A stretch of DNA of 64,000 nt. Origin: Vicingaceae bacterium (lineage in GTDB: Bacteria; Bacteroidota; Bacteroidia; Flavobacteriales_E; Vicingaceae). Both the position numbers and the translations under genes were made by a program. Shown here piece by piece: positions 61,193 to 64,000 of the stretch; position 1 is the stretch's first letter; each line of letters begins with the position of its first letter. The stretch lies in the NCBI GenBank assembly GCA_028245195.1, contig JAOKCF010000001.1, forward strand, positions 228,326 through 292,325, in the 5' to 3' direction. The notes beneath the pieces were generated by a model that was given only the letters and a program-made list of their open reading frames with translations, was not told where the DNA came from and did not search any database.

Positions 61193-64000
61193 TCAATTTG
61201 ACTTAATTATTTTATGTGTTTGGACTTTATCCTCTGTAATAACGGTAAAAATATAAACCCCTTTGGTCAAGAAACTTAAATCAATCACTTCAACTCCCGA
61301 AGATTGAATTCCATTTTTACGATAAACATCTTGCCCATTTGTAGCTCTTATGACAAAATCTACGGACGTATCGTTGTTAAACTTATAATCAACAGACAAG
61401 TTATTGGTAAACGGATTTGGCCGAATTAAAACCTGATCCTCTATCATTTGGTTATCTTGAATTCCTACGATGTTACAAGTAGTATCAATCACCGCTCCAG
61501 CTGTTACAAAGTTGCTTTCACAAGGCAATTCAGAAACTCCCCATCTGTAGAAATAAGGATAACTATTTCCATTATTTGAACCTTTGATGGTTACTAAGTT
61601 AGAAATGGCGTATGGGTATGTTGCCCCACTCGAATTTCTGAACAAGCTAATATCTCTATCGCTAAACGAAACTCTATAATTTGAATCAGGTTGTAATTCA
61701 ATATTAATATTCACTCTTAGCGGGCTTGCTGGCACGTAGATGTCTTTTGAAACCACCAACTCTCCTTGATTATTCCACACATCCATTCTTCGAGTAGCAG
61801 CCTTATTTGAAAAGAAAATCATTGTTCTCAAAAGAATTGGCTTATGCACGTCAAAAGTCATATAATCGTTGCTCGAAGAATAAGATCCAGAGCCGATATT
61901 GTTTAATGGACCTCCTGAAAAAATTGGATTATTACTAACCTCTTTCACGTAAAGCACGGTATCTCGCTGTAAACCCAATATAGTCAATGAATCACCATAG
62001 TAAATTGAACTTGCTGTTGTGTCCCTATACCAAACACCTGTAGATACTACATTTACCTTGATTCCTGCTTGAGCTCCAATACAAACCGTATCGCCAAGAA
62101 CGCTTGGACTACTCAATTTTGTAACTGCAACAACATTTGTTTTCGTAGTGGTATTGGATCCTTGGCTATTTCCAACCGTTAAACTTACTGTATATGTTCC
62201 GTCAGCATAATAATTATGACTTGGATGATAATCAGCCGAGGTAGTACCATCTCCGAAATTCCATAATGCAGAAGAATAGCCTTCAGTTGATCGATTTCTA
62301 AACTCAGACATTCCTGTGCATGTTGTATCTGAATTGATTGAGAAATCTGCTATAGGAGCTGCAACAGCCGTTTTACAATCCCAATTAATAATAAATCCAG
62401 CCACAGTTGCAACATTATCAGAAATCATTCTAATGGTAACTGTATTTGAACTGGTTATAACCATGTTATTTAATGGCGGAAAATTCTTGCAATAACGTCC
62501 AATTAATGGCGCACTTATTGAAGGACCATCGTAAACCTCAATAAAATCTCGGTTACAATTAAATCCAACACCGGCTTCGATGTCTAAAAGAATAAAATCT
62601 AACTCTATATAATCTGCTGATGCAACAGCAATAGTAACGGAACCGCTCTCATTATTGCCGTAACTGCCACCAAATCCGCCTGAGTCGAATAATCTTCCTC
62701 GACAATCCGTTAAAGTAGTGTTAACAAGATTATCTAAAGTGAAAGAACACGATACGGTGCTGGTATCAATGATTATATAAGATGTTTTAAGTACTGTATC
62801 TGATCCACAAGTACCTCCATCACCAATTAATTGTACGTTGAACGTTCCTTGTGTAAAATAGTCAGTTGTTGGATTTCTGAGAGAACTTGTGTCTCCATTG
62901 CCAAAATCCCATATAAAATTTGCAATATTTGACCCTTCACTAATAAAATCTAACGTAACAGGTGAGTAACAAAAGGCTGTGTCTTGTAACGCCGAAAACG
63001 AAGCTGAAACTACATTCACATATTCCGCTCCAACTCCTACGGCATACCAAGCATTGGTTGTAGCCTCTACTTCAGGTGAGCAAGCTCCGTACAAATCAAT
63101 TGCAGATTTAATTGCATAAAACCTCGCTTCATCATGATTAGAAGATGGATTAAGGTAAACGGTTAAATTTCGAAATGCAATCTTTTCAGCCTTACTTATA
63201 CCTAATCCTACTACCGTAAAACTATCTGTTGCATCATTCACTCCAGTTCCTCCATTTGACAACAAATAAAACCAATGGTTTTGAACACCACTATTAGAAT
63301 GAACTCCACACTTGTCATTATTATTAGTAGGAATACATCCTTTCGTTTGCCTCCAGCTCTGTCCTTCATAGGTATCTGGGTGCCGAAAAGCATTTGGGTT
63401 AATCATACTTCTTATGGCTCCTCCAACATCTTCTCCTATAAGCCAGTTCGCTCTAGTGGGCCTTGCGTAAAACTCTAAAGCAGTCCCAAAAATATCACTA
63501 AACGACTCGTTTAATGCACCTGACTCATTGGCGTAAATTAAATCTGCTGTGAAGTCTGTTAGACCATGTGTAATCTCGTGTGCCACAATATCTAAAGAAA
63601 CCAATGGATTGCTTAACGATGAAGTACTATTCCCATCTCCATAGGTCATAACTGTCCCGTTCCAAAATGCATTCGCATAATTTTGATCGTAGTGAACAAA
63701 GCTCACTAATGGAAAACCATTATTATCTATGCTATTTCTATTGTGAACGTTCAGCATATAGTCATAAGTTGCTTCAGTACCCCAATGCGCATCAGTTGCA
63801 TACTCATCGCGACTTGCATTAAAGTTATTCCAAAAATTATTGGAGTCGATAAAATCCACTGCACCAGTATAATTTCTTTGGGTTAAAGAATTTAAAGTAA
63901 CAATTGCAGTGCCTCGAGTTGAATCTCTTAATCGAAAAAATCCGTTTAAACTATCTGTAACTATTTCTTGAGTATCACTGTACGCAGTAATTGCGGTTGC
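61193..64000 (-). CDS. T9SS-sorted M4 (thermolysin-family) metallopeptidase with PKD, CUB-like and C-terminal sorting domains (5' end beyond the window)
   Basis: VAHEITHG...NESGALNESFSDIFG is HEXXH plus the downstream Glu (HEITH at complement 63569-63583). Two PKD-like segments are present (WDFGNGDTS, WNFGDGTTS), and the Por tail is IRPNPFTNNLSV...KGVYIFTVI. The frame stays open upstream of the track Met to position 64000 (..FRLRDSTRGTAIVTLNSLTQRNYTGAVDFIDSNNFW). Confidence 0.88.
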   Translation of the reverse strand, partial: ATAITAYSDTQEIVTDSLNGFFRLRDSTRGTAIVTLNSLTQRNYTGAVDFIDSNNFWNNFNASRDEYATDAHWGTEATYDYMLNVHNRNSIDNNGFPLVSFVHYDQNYANAFWNGTVMTYGDGNSTSSLSNPLVSLDIVAHEITHGLTDFTADLIYANESGALNESFSDIFGTALEFYARPTRANWLIGEDVGGAIRSMINPNAFRHPDTYEGQSWRQTKGCIPTNNNDKCGVHSNSGVQNHWFYLLSNGGTGVNDATDSFTVVGLGISKAEKIAFRNLTVYLNPSSNHDEARFYAIKSAIDLYGACSPEVEATTNAWYAVGVGAEYVNVVSASFSALQDTAFCYSPVTLDFISEGSNIANFIWDFGNGDTSSLRNPTTDYFTQGTFNVQLIGDGGTCGSDTVLKTSYIIIDTSTVSCSFTLDNLVNTTLTDCRGRLFDSGGFGGSYGNNESGSVTIAVASADYIELDFILLDIEAGVGFNCNRDFIEVYDGPSISAPLIGRYCKNFPPLNNMVITSSNTVTIRMISDNVATVAGFIINWDCKTAVAAPIADFSINSDTTCTGMSEFRNRSTEGYSSALWNFGDGTTSADYHPSHNYYADGTYTVSLTVGNSQGSNTTTKTNVVAVTKLSSPSVLGDTVCIGAQAGIKVNVVSTGVWYRDTTASSIYYGDSLTILGLQRDTVLYVKEVSNNPIFSGGPLNNIGSGSYSSSNDYMTFDVHKPILLRTMIFFSNKAATRRMDVWNNQGELVVSKDIYVPASPLRVNINIELQPDSNYRVSFSDRDISLFRNSSGATYPYAISNLVTIKGSNNGNSYPYFYRWGVSELPCESNFVTAGAVIDTTCNIVGIQDNQMIEDQVLIRPNPFTNNLSVDYKFNNDTSVDFVIRATNGQDVYRKNGIQSSGVEVIDLSFLTKGVYIFTVITEDKVQTHKIIKSN
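61196..61429 (-). other. T9SS C-terminal sorting domain of the M4 peptidase
   Basis: LIRPNPFTNNLSVDYKFNNDTSVDFVIRATNGQDVYRKNG...LTKGVYIFTVITEDKVQTHKIIKSN. Confidence 0.8.

Overview
This is an AT-rich, densely coding chromosomal segment that reads as Bacteroidota (Flavobacteriia-like). It carries the type IX secretion/gliding core porP(sprF)-gldK-gldL-gldM-gldN and two large T9SS-sorted cargo genes with C-terminal sorting domains. It also carries many housekeeping genes: tatC, kpsF, recQ, topA, miaB, secG, groES-groEL, ilvE, panB, dnaK, surE, lpxB, maf, sucC and a lolD-like gene. An RNase P RNA gene (rnpB) explains the only long ORF-free gap. I saw no rRNA, tRNA, CRISPR array, transposase, integrase, prophage or recognisable defence/toxin module, so I do not claim a new multi-gene system. 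Four things stand out. (1) Seven of about 60 protein-coding loci are disrupted: in-frame TAG, TAA and TGA codons, two frameshifts, and a head-to-head deletion scar. They concentrate at 26.9-30.7 kb and affect only accessory functions, which is a gene-decay signature. (2) Both chaperone operons (groES-groEL and dnaK) share one upstream architecture: a TGTCA-N7-TGACA inverted repeat about 70-80 bp upstream of a TGGCA-N7-TGACT element with sigma-54-type -24/-12 spacing. A receiver-less sigma-54 enhancer-binding protein is encoded about 2 kb from groES. (3) An arginase-fold protein next to the T9SS operon appears to have lost its metal-ligand motifs. (4) A SulP transporter carries a roughly 200-aa unassigned C-terminal extension. 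All family assignments come from reading the translated ORFs and the DNA by eye. Nothing was searched against a database.
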